A stretch of DNA of 44,365 nucleotides. It comes from a virus (Duplodnaviria; Caudoviricetes). Under the pieces are notes generated by a model, which ran no database searches, was not told the DNA's origin, and saw only the letters and a list, made by a program, of their open reading frames with translations. Numbering within the stretch: position 1 is the stretch's first letter; each line of letters starts with the position of its first letter. The position numbers and the translations under genes were made by a program. The stretch is taken from IMG/VR virus record IMGVR_UViG_3300023252_000182, positions 1 through 44,365 of that record; one strand, written 5' to 3'. Shown in pieces: positions 1 through 8,839 of the stretch.

Positions 1-1122
1 TCATCCAAGCTTCTCAATTTCCACATGGGACAGATTTGGGACTAATCCTCCAAAAATCGTATCTATCTGCCTTGCATGCTCGGTTAAATGATTGGGTGCT
101 AAGTGAGCATAACGCTGAACCATTTCAATGCTCTCCCAACCCCCCATTTCCTGAAGGGCAGATAACGGAACACCGGCCTGAATTAACCAACTCGCCCAGG
201 TGTGCCGAAGGTCATGAAAACGGAAGTCATCAATGCCAGCACGTTTTAATGCTGCTCGCCATGCAGTGTTAGAATCAACTCGCATTTTTCTAACCGGATC
301 TTTATGCACAAACACCCATCTGTGATGATTGCCAATCTGGCGTCGCAAAACTGCGCAAGCGGTGTCGTTGAGAGCGACTCCTATCGCGCGGCCAGATTTG
401 CTATCTTCTGGATAAATCCACGCCACCTTGCGCTGCATATCGATCTGCGACCAGGCAAGTTCGATAATGTTAGAGCGGCGGAGTCCAGTGGTTAGTGCAA
501 ATTCAACGGTCGATTTTAGAGGTTCTGGACACTCATCTACTAATCGTTGGGCCTGAGCGGGTTCGAGCCACCGAACTCGCTTATTTCTTTCCTGCGGCAC
601 CTTGATCACTGGTGACTTTTCTATCCACTTCCATTCTCTTTCAGCAGCACGCATTAGAGCCTTCATCAAGGCAAGGTGCTTTGCCTTTGTCGAAGTTGAA
701 ACGGCCTCAGCCTTTCTTGGTGGTATTACAATTCCTTTTTTGGCCATTGCATCAACACGCATCTGCCAACGCTCCGCAGCCTTTCTATTGGTCATGCGGC
801 TAACTGCGGTGTAAATTTTTGCCTCTGTTATATCCTTCAGCAAAACCCCTTCAAAATGCATGAGCCAGAATCCAATCCGGCCCTTGTCAGCATCGAGTGA
901 TTTCTTGTGCGCCTTTTCTTCTAACCAGCGCAAGCAAGCTTCTTCAAATGTCACATTCGGGAAGTCCCCCAAACGCTCTATTCTCCAAAGCTCAGCTTTT
1001 CTACGGTCGTGCAGCTCCTGCGCTTGGCGTCTGTCCGAAGTCCCAAGCGATTCCTTAATTCGCTTGCCGCTTGGCGACGTGTAACTGCCGTACCAGATTT
1101 CTCCACGGCGGAATAATGACAT
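1..1122 (-). CDS. int: Tyrosine integrase, P22-like
   Basis: Catalytic motifs TGLRRSNI (R), KSG (K), [11 protein letters not shown] (HxxR), GGW and VQRYAH (Y); N-terminal arm-binding domain. Confidence 0.97.
   Translation of the reverse strand: MSLFRRGEIWYGSYTSPSGKRIKESLGTSDRRQAQELHDRRKAELWRIERLGDFPNVTFEEACLRWLEEKAHKKSLDADKGRIGFWLMHFEGVLLKDITEAKIYTAVSRMTNRKAAERWQMRVDAMAKKGIVIPPRKAEAVSTSTKAKHLALMKALMRAAEREWKWIEKSPVIKVPQERNKRVRWLEPAQAQRLVDECPEPLKSTVEFALTTGLRRSNIIELAWSQIDMQRKVAWIYPEDSKSGRAIGVALNDTACAVLRRQIGNHHRWVFVHKDPVRKMRVDSNTAWRAALKRAGIDDFRFHDLRHTWASWLIQAGVPLSALQEMGGWESIEMVQRYAHLAPNHLTEHARQIDTIFGGLVPNLSHVEIEKLG
26..42. promoter_or_regulatory. Probable integrase arm-type sites (TGGGAC direct repeat) inside the int 3' end
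   Basis: tgggac-agatt-tgggac; position near the expected att end fits arm sites of P22-like integrases (recalled, not verified). Confidence 0.45.
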
Positions 1123-1349
1123 GGTGCTTTCTCCTCATGTGCATCATCCGCGCTCACCGGCACAGTGTGGATCGGAATGCTAAGCGCGGCAATACAGGCT
1201 TGTCGGGTTATTAGGTAAGGGGATTTTGATTTGGTTGGATCTTTGCGGGTGGCTGATAGCCTTCCTGAGCGAATCCACGCGGTTAGTGTTGGCGCGGACA
1301 CTCCCAGGAAAGCGCAAGCCTCCTCCTTCGTAAGGCTGTATTTATCCAT
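978..1349 (-). CDS. xis: Excisionase (HTH), overlapping int as in P22
   Basis: [29 protein letters not shown]; directly upstream of and overlapping int. Confidence 0.85.
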   Translation of the reverse strand: MDKYSLTKEEACAFLGVSAPTLTAWIRSGRLSATRKDPTKSKSPYLITRQACIAALSIPIHTVPVSADDAHEEKAPCHYSAVEKSGTAVTRRQAASELRNRLGLRTDAKRRSCTTVEKLSFGE

Positions 1350-1360
1350 CTATACCTCTG

Positions 1361-1585
1361 CTATTTCCCTTCGCGAACTCTATGCACCTCACAGTTAAGC
1401 CGCAGCCATGCAGGTGGATGCTTAGGCCAATAGGGGGCGATTTTCACTGCGTGTTTATCGAGTAGCTGTCGAAAGGTGAATTTGTTGGTAGGGGAGTCGA
1501 ATTCTTTTAAAAGTTCTCTGGCTGTACTGCGGAGAAGGTTTTTCTGAACGCTGCCGGTATCAGGTTCAAGCTGTTTACTGGGCAT
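1361..1585 (-). CDS. Hypothetical phage protein
   Basis: 74-aa ORF with GGGG SD, fills the gap before xis; overlaps the methylase 3' end. Confidence 0.6.
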   Translation of the reverse strand: MPSKQLEPDTGSVQKNLLRSTARELLKEFDSPTNKFTFRQLLDKHAVKIAPYWPKHPPAWLRLNCEVHRVREGK

Positions 1586-2169
1586 TCATTCCCCCAATGA
1601 TCCCAGCCTGGCGCATCGCCACGGCTGAAGAGTTCTACTCTGGAAACGTCGCCGTATAGCAGCTCAAGGCGGCGGCGCACCTCCCACGGTTTCTGGCTAT
1701 GTTCGCCAAGACAACTGAAGACAACCTGCTTTATCGATGCGCTGACACGTTCAATGCCTTTCCCGCGAACGGCGATCAGCACGTCCTCCGAATTGGCGCG
1801 GGTGTAATTGCCACCATTCATCCGAGTTTCAGCATTCAGCATGTCGAGCAGTTCAGTGAAGTCGTAGATGGTTTGCTGCTCCAGAGCCTTATTGAACCGC
1901 AATTCAGCCTGCTGATTCAGCTTTACCCAAGTGAATGCCTTCATCGTCCTGACGCTAAAACCCCAGGCTTCGGCCAGCGCTATCGCTTCCTGGCTGTGAT
2001 TGCCGGTGTACCACATTGCCAGCACGCTATCAGGAGCGGCGAGCGCCCATACAGGGAGATGCTTTAGATCGGCCATTGTCATCGTGTTGTAGTGGTTCTC
2101 GGCAGCGCCATTACTTATTGTGTTGCCATAACTCCAGGGGGGATCTGCATAAATGAGCTGATAGGTCAT
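1507..2169 (-). CDS. MT-A70 family adenine methyltransferase
   Basis: IYADPPW, EHSQKP and VELFSR motifs; start moved to MTYQL at 2169. Confidence 0.92.
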   Translation of the reverse strand: MTYQLIYADPPWSYGNTISNGAAENHYNTMTMADLKHLPVWALAAPDSVLAMWYTGNHSQEAIALAEAWGFSVRTMKAFTWVKLNQQAELRFNKALEQQTIYDFTELLDMLNAETRMNGGNYTRANSEDVLIAVRGKGIERVSASIKQVVFSCLGEHSQKPWEVRRRLELLYGDVSRVELFSRGDAPGWDHWGNECPVNSLNLIPAAFRKTFSAVQPENF

Positions 2170-2171
2170 CG

Positions 2172-2354
2172 TTATCTTCCCCAGTTGCGCGATGCAGCAT
2201 TGACGCAAAAATCGATGCGGATTTGCACCCATGCAATATCTACCGCACGAGCCAATCCGAATGTTTTAAGCCAAATGCTTGCAGCGTCGGAATAATGGCC
2301 GCGACGTTCCGCCTCAGCGGCCTGGTGCGCTAAGTTTTTATATCCAAATGTCAT
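2172..2354 (-). CDS. Small ANR-family-like regulator / phage protein
   Basis: AAEAERRGHYSDAASIW...RIDFC pattern; GGAG SD. Confidence 0.6.
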   Translation of the reverse strand: MTFGYKNLAHQAAEAERRGHYSDAASIWLKTFGLARAVDIAWVQIRIDFCVNAASRNWGR

Positions 2355-2369
2355 GGTGATGCTCCGGTG

Positions 2370-2759
2370 TTAGTAGGTACGTTGGCGGGTTACTGGCGCT
2401 AAAAGCTGGTTGAACTGCTGAACGAGAAGGATCTGTCTGACAACTGCTGGTGGTTCACTGCGAATGTAGCTATCGGTGATTTTGTCCCGGAGTTTTTCCG
2501 ACGGGGTTTTTGAATGTATTTTGTATCGGGGATCTACCGATATGACCTTCAGCGCCTTCTGTCGGCTTCTGGCTATGTAGCTGTCGCAAACTACATGATT
2601 AGATTCGGAAATTTGCCTGCGCAGTGTTCTGATGATTTTGATGTCAATGTTCGACCAAGGGAATGCCTTTTGCAAAACCTCAATGTGACCGGCAACGTCG
2701 TAATAACCGGCGTCCTTTACCAGAAATTGCAGGAAGTCATAATTGTTTTTTTCGCTCAC
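2370..2759 (-). CDS. Hypothetical protein (probable GTG start at 2759)
   Basis: GTG overlaps the stop of the upstream 69-aa ORF (GTGA coupling). Confidence 0.6.
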   Translation of the reverse strand: MSEKNNYDFLQFLVKDAGYYDVAGHIEVLQKAFPWSNIDIKIIRTLRRQISESNHVVCDSYIARSRQKALKVISVDPRYKIHSKTPSEKLRDKITDSYIRSEPPAVVRQILLVQQFNQLLAPVTRQRTY

Positions 2760-2965
2760 TTCTTTATTTCCACGTTGTATTTTTCGTGACTCATGACGTT
2801 CCATGAGTGACCGTTGTCTTTTGATAGCAGACGCCAGCAGCGGGCTACTGGCAGCGTTAAATGCTTGTGTTGGTAGGTTCGGGTGGGTGTCTTTTTGCCA
2901 TCTCTGAAGGCGCACAGAACACCCTCAGCTTTGATGCTGATTCGTTGCGGAATTCGAGGTTTCAT
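2756..2965 (-). CDS. Small basic protein, possible RelE/ParE-like fold
   Basis: LTLPVARCWRLLSKDNG...VMSHEKYN resembles the RelE/ParE C-terminal pattern; fold call tentative. Confidence 0.55.
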   Translation of the reverse strand: MKPRIPQRISIKAEGVLCAFRDGKKTPTRTYQHKHLTLPVARCWRLLSKDNGHSWNVMSHEKYNVEIKK

Positions 2966-2984
2966 TTTTACCGGTGGTGAGGTG

Positions 2985-3203
2985 TTATTTTGTGGTTGGA
3001 GCCCAGCAGATTTTCTTTATGTCAGGGCGGCGAACGCGTTCAACAGCTTTTTCTTTTTCCAGTTTCATCAGGCGCTGGCGGATGGATTTACCCGTCATGC
3101 CGCTATAGCCAGCGCAGCGGAGTAGGTTGGCGACAGAGTCAGGAGTTGATCCGGTTACGCTGAGTCGAGCGAGAATTTCGTTATCGTCGGGTGACAGGAT
3201 CAT
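2985..3203 (-). CDS. Small winged-helix protein (paralogue of 5212-5469)
   Basis: IRQRLMKLEKEKAVERV wHTH-like pattern; GGAGG SD. Confidence 0.7.
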   Translation of the reverse strand: MILSPDDNEILARLSVTGSTPDSVANLLRCAGYSGMTGKSIRQRLMKLEKEKAVERVRRPDIKKICWAPTTK

Positions 3204-3936
3204 TGCCGCCCTCCGGTGCTGCTGCCAGCAAACCTGCCTCTTTCAATGTGCGGCTTAGTTGCTCGCGTAGTTGTTGTGTCCCTTGAAACTTCACAGCGGT
3301 ATCGCGGAGGCTGTTGACCAGCTCGCGGAAAACGTGGGGTGGCAACTTGTAACCCTGGCTAACAGGTTGAGCCAGCATTGCTGCGCGGCAGGCGTTAAGA
3401 ACACCAGACGCATATGCCATGTCTGTCGTGTAGCGTTCATTCCAGTTTTGCTTCTGGCCGTTTCGGTACAGGGATTCAAGCGCCGCCACTGCATTTATGA
3501 AGCATTCCGGCACTGCTGGCGCACCTGTAAACTCTGGGTTTACAACTGCCGCGGGCGAGGCTGCATAGAGGTAGTTAATCCCATCAGGAAGCAGACCCAA
3601 ATCCGGGCGAGTATTGCCCTCAATTCTCCCCGCGTTTATCCAGTCATCGCCTTCTATCTCGATGAAAAATACCGGCTGCGCGGTTGCTGGCGCTGGCGGG
3701 GCAGTGAACAGCGGCACGCAGAACTTTTCCGAATACTGGCCGTATGTTTCCTTCTGTTCATTTGGGTATTTCAAAAGCTGAGCGGGGCTTGTGAATGCCA
3801 CCGGCTGCGCCTCCCGGTTAGCCAGGAGTTCGCGGGCCGCAAGATACCCATAATTAATCGGTACGCTCATGCCGTAGCCTTTTTCATGGCTGTCTACAAT
3901 TTGGCGCAGCTCATCAGTCGTTAGTGTCTTTTTCAT
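3181..3936 (-). CDS. Eae/Eaa-like mosaic early protein
   Basis: Repeated AQPV...LF/YxAPPA modules and NACRAAML motif typical of P22 ea-region proteins. Confidence 0.7.
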   Translation of the reverse strand: MKKTLTTDELRQIVDSHEKGYGMSVPINYGYLAARELLANREAQPVAFTSPAQLLKYPNEQKETYGQYSEKFCVPLFTAPPAPATAQPVFFIEIEGDDWINAGRIEGNTRPDLGLLPDGINYLYAASPAAVVNPEFTGAPAVPECFINAVAALESLYRNGQKQNWNERYTTDMAYASGVLNACRAAMLAQPVSQGYKLPPHVFRELVNSLRDTAVKFQGTQQLREQLSRTLKEAGLLAAAPEGGNDPVTRR

Positions 3937-4115
3937 TGTTGGTTCCTGCGGTAATCCTGAATCGTAAACACAATTGGCGCGGGGTCGGGCTTCATCAGCT
4001 CGGACAAACTTGGCTCAGCGGGGGCCAAGCCAGCAAAAATTAATGCCTGTTTGATGCCGAGAATTACCGCTGCGATGAGAAGCCATTTCCCAATGAAGTT
4101 AAATAGGCGTGTCAT
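3933..4115 (-). CDS. Small membrane protein
   Basis: Hydrophobic N-terminus; ATGA overlaps at both ends. Confidence 0.65.
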   Translation of the reverse strand: MTRLFNFIGKWLLIAAVILGIKQALIFAGLAPAEPSLSELMKPDPAPIVFTIQDYRRNQQ

Positions 4116-4786
4116 GCATCCCCCTGGTCGAACATAATTCGTGAATATTTTGCGTCGCTCGAAACCTCAAGCCAGCCTTCACAGCGTTCATCTGTACGCC
4201 AGCTAGTCCGCCCGTTGTGCTGGTACTGGCTACCGCGAACATCATTGATATCGTCTTCACTGAAGAAAATAGGTTTACCGCAGTGGGGGCACATACAACC
4301 CCATTCGCCGTCGGCACGCCCGATGCGTTCCACTGTCAAAATTTCGTTGCTTGCCATGTTAATCATCCACCTCGACTTTGATACCAGCGGCGCGTACAGC
4401 ATCGGCGCAATAATCAACGGCGGCATTAAAGCCGTCACCGGCAAATGGCACGTTGCTAGCTGCTTTTCTGCTGACTCAGCGCGCTCGGTCAGGTTCATTG
4501 CTTTGGCGCACATCACGTCAACTCTGGCGTTTGCCTCGGCAATTTCTCCATCCTTCGCTTCCAGCTCTGCCAGCAGGGCAAGAACGACAGCAGGGTTAGC
4601 CGCGGCGATGAATTCTGCATCATTACCAACGCCGCCACTGGCTAGTTGCCGGTGAAATGCATCAGAGATTGTTGCAACGGGATGGGACTGATTGCTGACT
4701 ATCGTATTGCCTGCGCGGTCAATACCCCACGGCCCCGGAGTTGCGGCCAGCGCAGCCGCTTTCAGTTCGCTCAGCTTATTGTCCAT
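4112..4786 (-). CDS. Ead/Ea22-like protein with C-terminal CxxC domain
   Basis: ELKAAALAATPGPW...DAEFIAAANPAVVLALLAELE signature; CPHCG. Confidence 0.8.
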   Translation of the reverse strand: MDNKLSELKAAALAATPGPWGIDRAGNTIVSNQSHPVATISDAFHRQLASGGVGNDAEFIAAANPAVVLALLAELEAKDGEIAEANARVDVMCAKAMNLTERAESAEKQLATCHLPVTALMPPLIIAPMLYAPLVSKSRWMINMASNEILTVERIGRADGEWGCMCPHCGKPIFFSEDDINDVRGSQYQHNGRTSWRTDERCEGWLEVSSDAKYSRIMFDQGDA

Positions 4787-5012
4787 CTTTGACCTCTCGC
4801 ACTTGCACGCTCAGCACCAGTTCACGCCCGTCCTTCAACGCGTAGGTGTGGCTTTCTCCGGTCTGAAAAAGGTGTTCTGCAACAGCGAGTCGAGCTATTT
4901 CAGTTACGTTGGTTTTCTGCCCAATCCAGCGACCCTTGTCGGTGTCCAGCGTGCCGTAAAAAATAGAACCGCTAAGCGGGCTGGCACCCATCGTTTTCAC
5001 CTTGCTCATCAC
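4776..5012 (-). CDS. Hypothetical phage protein
   Basis: Coupled overlaps within the operon. Confidence 0.65.
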   Translation of the reverse strand: MMSKVKTMGASPLSGSIFYGTLDTDKGRWIGQKTNVTEIARLAVAEHLFQTGESHTYALKDGRELVLSVQVREVKDGQ

Positions 5013-5215
5013 GCACGCTCCAGGGCGATTGCGCCTTCTTCCGGATACTCAGCGTCGTGAGCAATCAGGCCGTGATAGTCAGGACCGCCTTGCTCACCGG
5101 CGATAGTTCCCTCGCCGATCCAGACTTCAGTATCGAGTTGACCGGCATCAGGCTGTTCGTAGTTGATGCCCATTAAGTCGCAGATATCGCAAATTTGTTG
5201 GATTGTCAGATTCAT
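5009..5215 (-). CDS. Hypothetical acidic phage protein
   Basis: ATGA coupling; AGGAG SD. Confidence 0.65.
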   Translation of the reverse strand: MNLTIQQICDICDLMGINYEQPDAGQLDTEVWIGEGTIAGEQGGPDYHGLIAHDAEYPEEGAIALERA

Positions 5216-5469
5216 TGTGCTTTCTCCTGGGCTTCAGCCCCGATCGGTTCCCAGCAAATCTGGGTGGCATAAACGGAATTCACTCGCTTAACCTGTCCAG
5301 CTGCTTCAAGCTTTTTCAGCCGACGCAACACGAATGCGGTTTTCAGTTCTCTAAATCCATCCATGCGCAGAACATTGGCGACAACATATGTCATGGACTT
5401 GCTGCCGCCCCATTTCGTCATTGCTGCCATAATTTCTGCATCGGTTGGGTTGCTCTTACGCTTAGCCAT
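5212..5469 (-). CDS. Small winged-helix protein (paralogue of 2985-3203)
   Basis: Start MAKRK after GGAGG; VLRRLKKLEAAGQVKRV. Confidence 0.7.
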   Translation of the reverse strand: MAKRKSNPTDAEIMAAMTKWGGSKSMTYVVANVLRMDGFRELKTAFVLRRLKKLEAAGQVKRVNSVYATQICWEPIGAEAQEKAQ

Positions 5470-5983
5470 GCTGGGCCTCCTGCGGTTTTGGAAATCCGTC
5501 ATAAACCTCTTGCAGGTGCCCGCGTATCTGCATGCGGCGCAGTGCGCTGTACATGTAATCGCACTCAGCCTGCTTGTTGGCTTGAAACGGTTTTCGTGAA
5601 TACCAAACTGTGTTACCTGGCCAGCCGTGAACCTTATGGACTCTGCCGCCCTTTACGTGAAGCAAGCCCCATCCAGGAGGCAAATCAGACGCTTCTATAA
5701 ATCCAGGCTCGGCCATGAAAAACCGCCAGTCACCCATTCCTTGATTTGGCATTCTTCTGAAAGATTTTTTCTTATCAGCCAGGAAGTCAGCGCGTGAGCA
5801 CTTAACCTCAATTAGGCATGAGGCGAGACTTCGGAATCCGATCGCGTCCGGTTGCTCTCCGGTAGAAACAGCAGCAACAAACCGATCATGGAATGCCACT
5901 TTGAATCCGTTATTGCGCAGGAACCGTTCGGCAATCAGACAAAGTTCGCTGTGTGTCAGTGCTGGCTTCAGTTCATTTGCCAT
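5462..5983 (-). CDS. PD-(D/E)XK nuclease-like protein (MmcB-like)
   Basis: QPDAIGF...IEVKCSRADFLADK motif. Confidence 0.75.
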   Translation of the reverse strand: MANELKPALTHSELCLIAERFLRNNGFKVAFHDRFVAAVSTGEQPDAIGFRSLASCLIEVKCSRADFLADKKKSFRRMPNQGMGDWRFFMAEPGFIEASDLPPGWGLLHVKGGRVHKVHGWPGNTVWYSRKPFQANKQAECDYMYSALRRMQIRGHLQEVYDGFPKPQEAQHG

Positions 5984-6398
5984 GCTGGGCCTCCTCATCG
6001 CCATCTACTGGCAGCCACTCGATACCGTTAAAAAACTCTGTGGCCGCCATTGCCGTTGAGCTGTACCACTTGGAACCAGGCTCTGAAACGACGTAAGCAC
6101 CATTCTCTGCGCAGAAGTAACGCAGGCTGCCGGGTTTCAAGTTTTGATTACCCGCGCCGCTACCCGGACTGGCGCTTCTGATGGCAATATTCAGCGCATA
6201 GGATTCCGCTTGTTCGCGATCGCTAAAATACTTCATCCATGCCAGCGCTGAATCACACCCGCCACCGTTGTGAGTGGGGAAGGTTGCAACGACACATGGC
6301 CCCATGCCCCAGAAGTTTTCATCGAAGCTCATTGCGATGCCGAGGGCTTCAGCTTTCTGCTTCAGTTCATTTGCTGGCATCACTGGGCGCTCTTTCAT
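5973..6398 (-). CDS. Hypothetical protein
   Basis: Start MKERP after GGAGG; coupled to neighbours. Confidence 0.65.
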   Translation of the reverse strand: MKERPVMPANELKQKAEALGIAMSFDENFWGMGPCVVATFPTHNGGGCDSALAWMKYFSDREQAESYALNIAIRSASPGSGAGNQNLKPGSLRYFCAENGAYVVSEPGSKWYSSTAMAATEFFNGIEWLPVDGDEEAQHGK

Positions 6399-6661
6399 TT
6401 GGCCTCCACTACGTGCTTGCGGCGGGAATAGAGCACTTCCAACGCCCACTCATGGCCCGCCTTGGTCGGCTTATGCGTTTTCCCGGAAATCAATCCAAGG
6501 TTTGTTGCAATGCAGATAGCGGTATAGCCCTAGTGATAACCGGCGGCGCGCTTAAGCACAGTGTCAGCAAGGATCACTTCGAAATCAGTACGCCCGAAGC
6601 TGGTGCCTTCGAAAGCCTGCTTGATGGCTTCCGAGGTAAGGTGTGCGATTGCCTGTTTCAT
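6395..6661 (-). pseudogene. 88-codon gene interrupted by an in-frame TAG at codon 44 (6530-6532)
   Basis: MKQAIAHL...AAGYH*GYTAICIA...VVEAK; GGAGG SD and ATGA overlaps with both neighbours in one frame. Confidence 0.75.
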
Positions 6662-7305
6662 TTGGCCTCCCGCAGCTGCTCGATCGCTTCAGACAGTTTC
6701 CCCTGAATAACCTCCAACCCGGCTACTGAGCTGCTGGATATTACAAATACCGCGCCTACATCATCGGTATTCTTTCCCTCAGTCCATTTATATTCGGTGC
6801 CTACACCGCCCTCTCTCTCACGGACAGGAGCGAAGCAGATTCCAGCGTGACCATTTTCAAATTTGGTTGAACCGACCATCACATCACCGTTGCCAAGGTG
6901 AGCGTGGACACTGCCATGCTGGAAAGAAAACCCGCGCTTATCAGTAAACTTCTCCACTCCCCGCGCTTCGATAGCGGCAACGGCGGCGTCAGTGGCTGGG
7001 GTTTCTGGACTCCCCCAACCGTTATCTGTAAACCAATTATCAAGAGGCTCAAGGGCGCCATTCAGATGCCACCCAGCAACTTCGAATCCTTTGCCGTAGA
7101 GTTCCTCGTTGATTTCGCCAACAACTCCCTTCAGCGCCGCATTCTCCACAGCCAGCGCATCGCGCTCAGTCTTGACCGATTCCAGTTCAGAAAACAACGT
7201 TGCATAGTCACCGTGCGCCACGTAGCCGCCCTCCGGGGTTTCACGCATCCACGCGATCTCATGAGAAATGCTCAGCGAGAAGTCAGGGTTAAAGCGCTTG
7301 ATCAT
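6658..7305 (-). CDS. Ea-region mosaic protein
   Basis: ERDALAVENAALK coiled coil and ETPATDA motif typical of lambdoid early genes. Confidence 0.7.
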   Translation of the reverse strand: MIKRFNPDFSLSISHEIAWMRETPEGGYVAHGDYATLFSELESVKTERDALAVENAALKGVVGEINEELYGKGFEVAGWHLNGALEPLDNWFTDNGWGSPETPATDAAVAAIEARGVEKFTDKRGFSFQHGSVHAHLGNGDVMVGSTKFENGHAGICFAPVREREGGVGTEYKWTEGKNTDDVGAVFVISSSSVAGLEVIQGKLSEAIEQLREAK

Positions 7306-8131
7306 CGCTGGCCTCCTTGGCAGGGTTCTGCTGCCGATACTCGTTGAGGATTTTGTTGATTTCTTCTCTCGTTCCAGTAGCGAGAATCAGTACATCACCC
7401 TCATCGCGTGTCGCTGGGGCTGCGTCGTAGAGCAATTCGCATAATCTGCGTGCGCGGACGGCACTGAAAAGAGGGGTGATAAAGGACTTCGTGACTTTCT
7501 TCTTGCCTGCCTTCTTGGCCTTTTCGACGTCACCGGCAAGCACTTTTCCCGCAGCTTCGCCGTGCTCTTTTACGCGGTCTACAGCGGCGTCAACGGCAAC
7601 AGAACCCTCTCTAACAAGCGTCTGAACGTCGTGATTGGCCTGGCTGAATGCCAGCAACTTATCGACCGTAGCGCGGCTCTTACCGACCAACGCGGCGATT
7701 TCATCGGGGGAAAGATTGAACCCGGCCAGCTCTTTTACAACAAGTGACTGCTCGTAAGGGGATAGGGGGAGCTGGGTGTTACTGTTCATGATGCGAGCGA
7801 TACGCTCTACATCATTTCCAGTGAACGGAATGATCTGTATGCGCTCTACTGGCTTGCCTGCGTCACGACAGCGGCTATAAGCACGGCGACGGCGATGCCC
7901 TTCGACAACCCAAACGCCGCCTTCATCGCGAACTCTTACCTCGAGCGGTGGCACCGGTTTGCCTTTCATCAGGTGTAGAAAGAGCTTTTCATCTTCGGCC
8001 AGAGTGTGTTCATTCTCCACACGCTTGTTAAAGCCTTCCTGCACATGAATATCGTCAAGATCCATTGTCATGCGGCCATCAGGGCGCTTTATGGTGCCGT
8101 CCTTTGCCATTTGCTTAAATGAGTTAGCCAT
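7289..8131 (-). CDS. ParB/Spo0J-like protein
   Basis: VVEGHRRRRA arginine patch; HTH LSPDEIAALVGKSRATV. Confidence 0.85.
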   Translation of the reverse strand: MANSFKQMAKDGTIKRPDGRMTMDLDDIHVQEGFNKRVENEHTLAEDEKLFLHLMKGKPVPPLEVRVRDEGGVWVVEGHRRRRAYSRCRDAGKPVERIQIIPFTGNDVERIARIMNSNTQLPLSPYEQSLVVKELAGFNLSPDEIAALVGKSRATVDKLLAFSQANHDVQTLVREGSVAVDAAVDRVKEHGEAAGKVLAGDVEKAKKAGKKKVTKSFITPLFSAVRARRLCELLYDAAPATRDEGDVLILATGTREEINKILNEYRQQNPAKEASDDQAL

Positions 8132-8134
8132 CAG

Positions 8135-8371
8135 TTATTCAACCTCTCCGTGGATTGTGCTTTCGCTGTGGTGCTGCAGGCGTCCGCCTGGCGGGTGGGT
8201 AATGCCATAAGTCAGGACATACGCCGAACCGTCTTTAAACCCAGTCCAACGTGCGCAGGCGCTGACTATTTGGCCCTGCACATCCTTACCCCGGTGATCG
8301 GAGTAATTAACAATGGTGCCAATGTGGTAACGCGGTTCGCACAGGCTCGGCGGGAGAGGTTTCTTTTCCAT
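8135..8371 (-). CDS. Hypothetical protein
   Basis: Start MEKKP after GGAG. Confidence 0.6.
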   Translation of the reverse strand: MEKKPLPPSLCEPRYHIGTIVNYSDHRGKDVQGQIVSACARWTGFKDGSAYVLTYGITHPPGGRLQHHSESTIHGEVE

Positions 8372-8373
8372 GA

Positions 8374-8517
8374 TTAACTCCAAACAGCGCCAGCAGTAAG
8401 CAGGCACAGGGTAAAAATAAGCAGATAGAAGAGGTGTTTACCGTGGTGACGCTTAGGGGCAAAATCGCCCCCGGTGAGGTCATGCTTATGCTGGATGCGA
8501 GCATTGAGGGTTACCAT
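8374..8517 (-). CDS. Small protein with C-terminal transmembrane segment
   Basis: MVTLNAR start after GGAGG; LFYLLIFTLCLLTAGAVW. Confidence 0.6.
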   Translation of the reverse strand: MVTLNARIQHKHDLTGGDFAPKRHHGKHLFYLLIFTLCLLTAGAVWS

Positions 8518-8723
8518 GAGGGCCTCCGTTGCTGAGAATGCAGGCGGCGCTGCAGGGTTTTTATAGCCTGGCGGGTGATGTAATAGCCTGAGCATGTGTC
8601 GGCGCAGACGAGCATTCTCACGCTCTTATATCTGCCGTCTTCGTAGCGTTGAATGCTTACGCCCTTTTTCTCTACGTTGCGTGTCTTACCGCAGTGCTCA
8701 CAGCATTGGGTGGTGGTTTGCAT
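8511..8723 (-). CDS. Small Zn-finger-like protein
   Basis: CEHC...CADTC; GAGG SD. Confidence 0.65.
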   Translation of the reverse strand: MQTTTQCCEHCGKTRNVEKKGVSIQRYEDGRYKSVRMLVCADTCSGYYITRQAIKTLQRRLHSQQRRPSW

Positions 8724-8839
8724 AGCATGTCCTCTCATTGAATTTCACATGGATAAAGGCACTGCCTGAGTTGATGCACGCGCTCGGTTTCCCTACGGTT
8801 CCAGCACTCTGGAGCAGTGGGCAGCACCTTTATTGATGT

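Noticed and set aside
3271-3924. Long plus-strand ORFs in the left arm (also 4215-4655, 5203-5700, 6239-6706, 6898-7347)
   Set aside because: Antisense shadows of coupled minus-strand genes, with no recognisable motifs.
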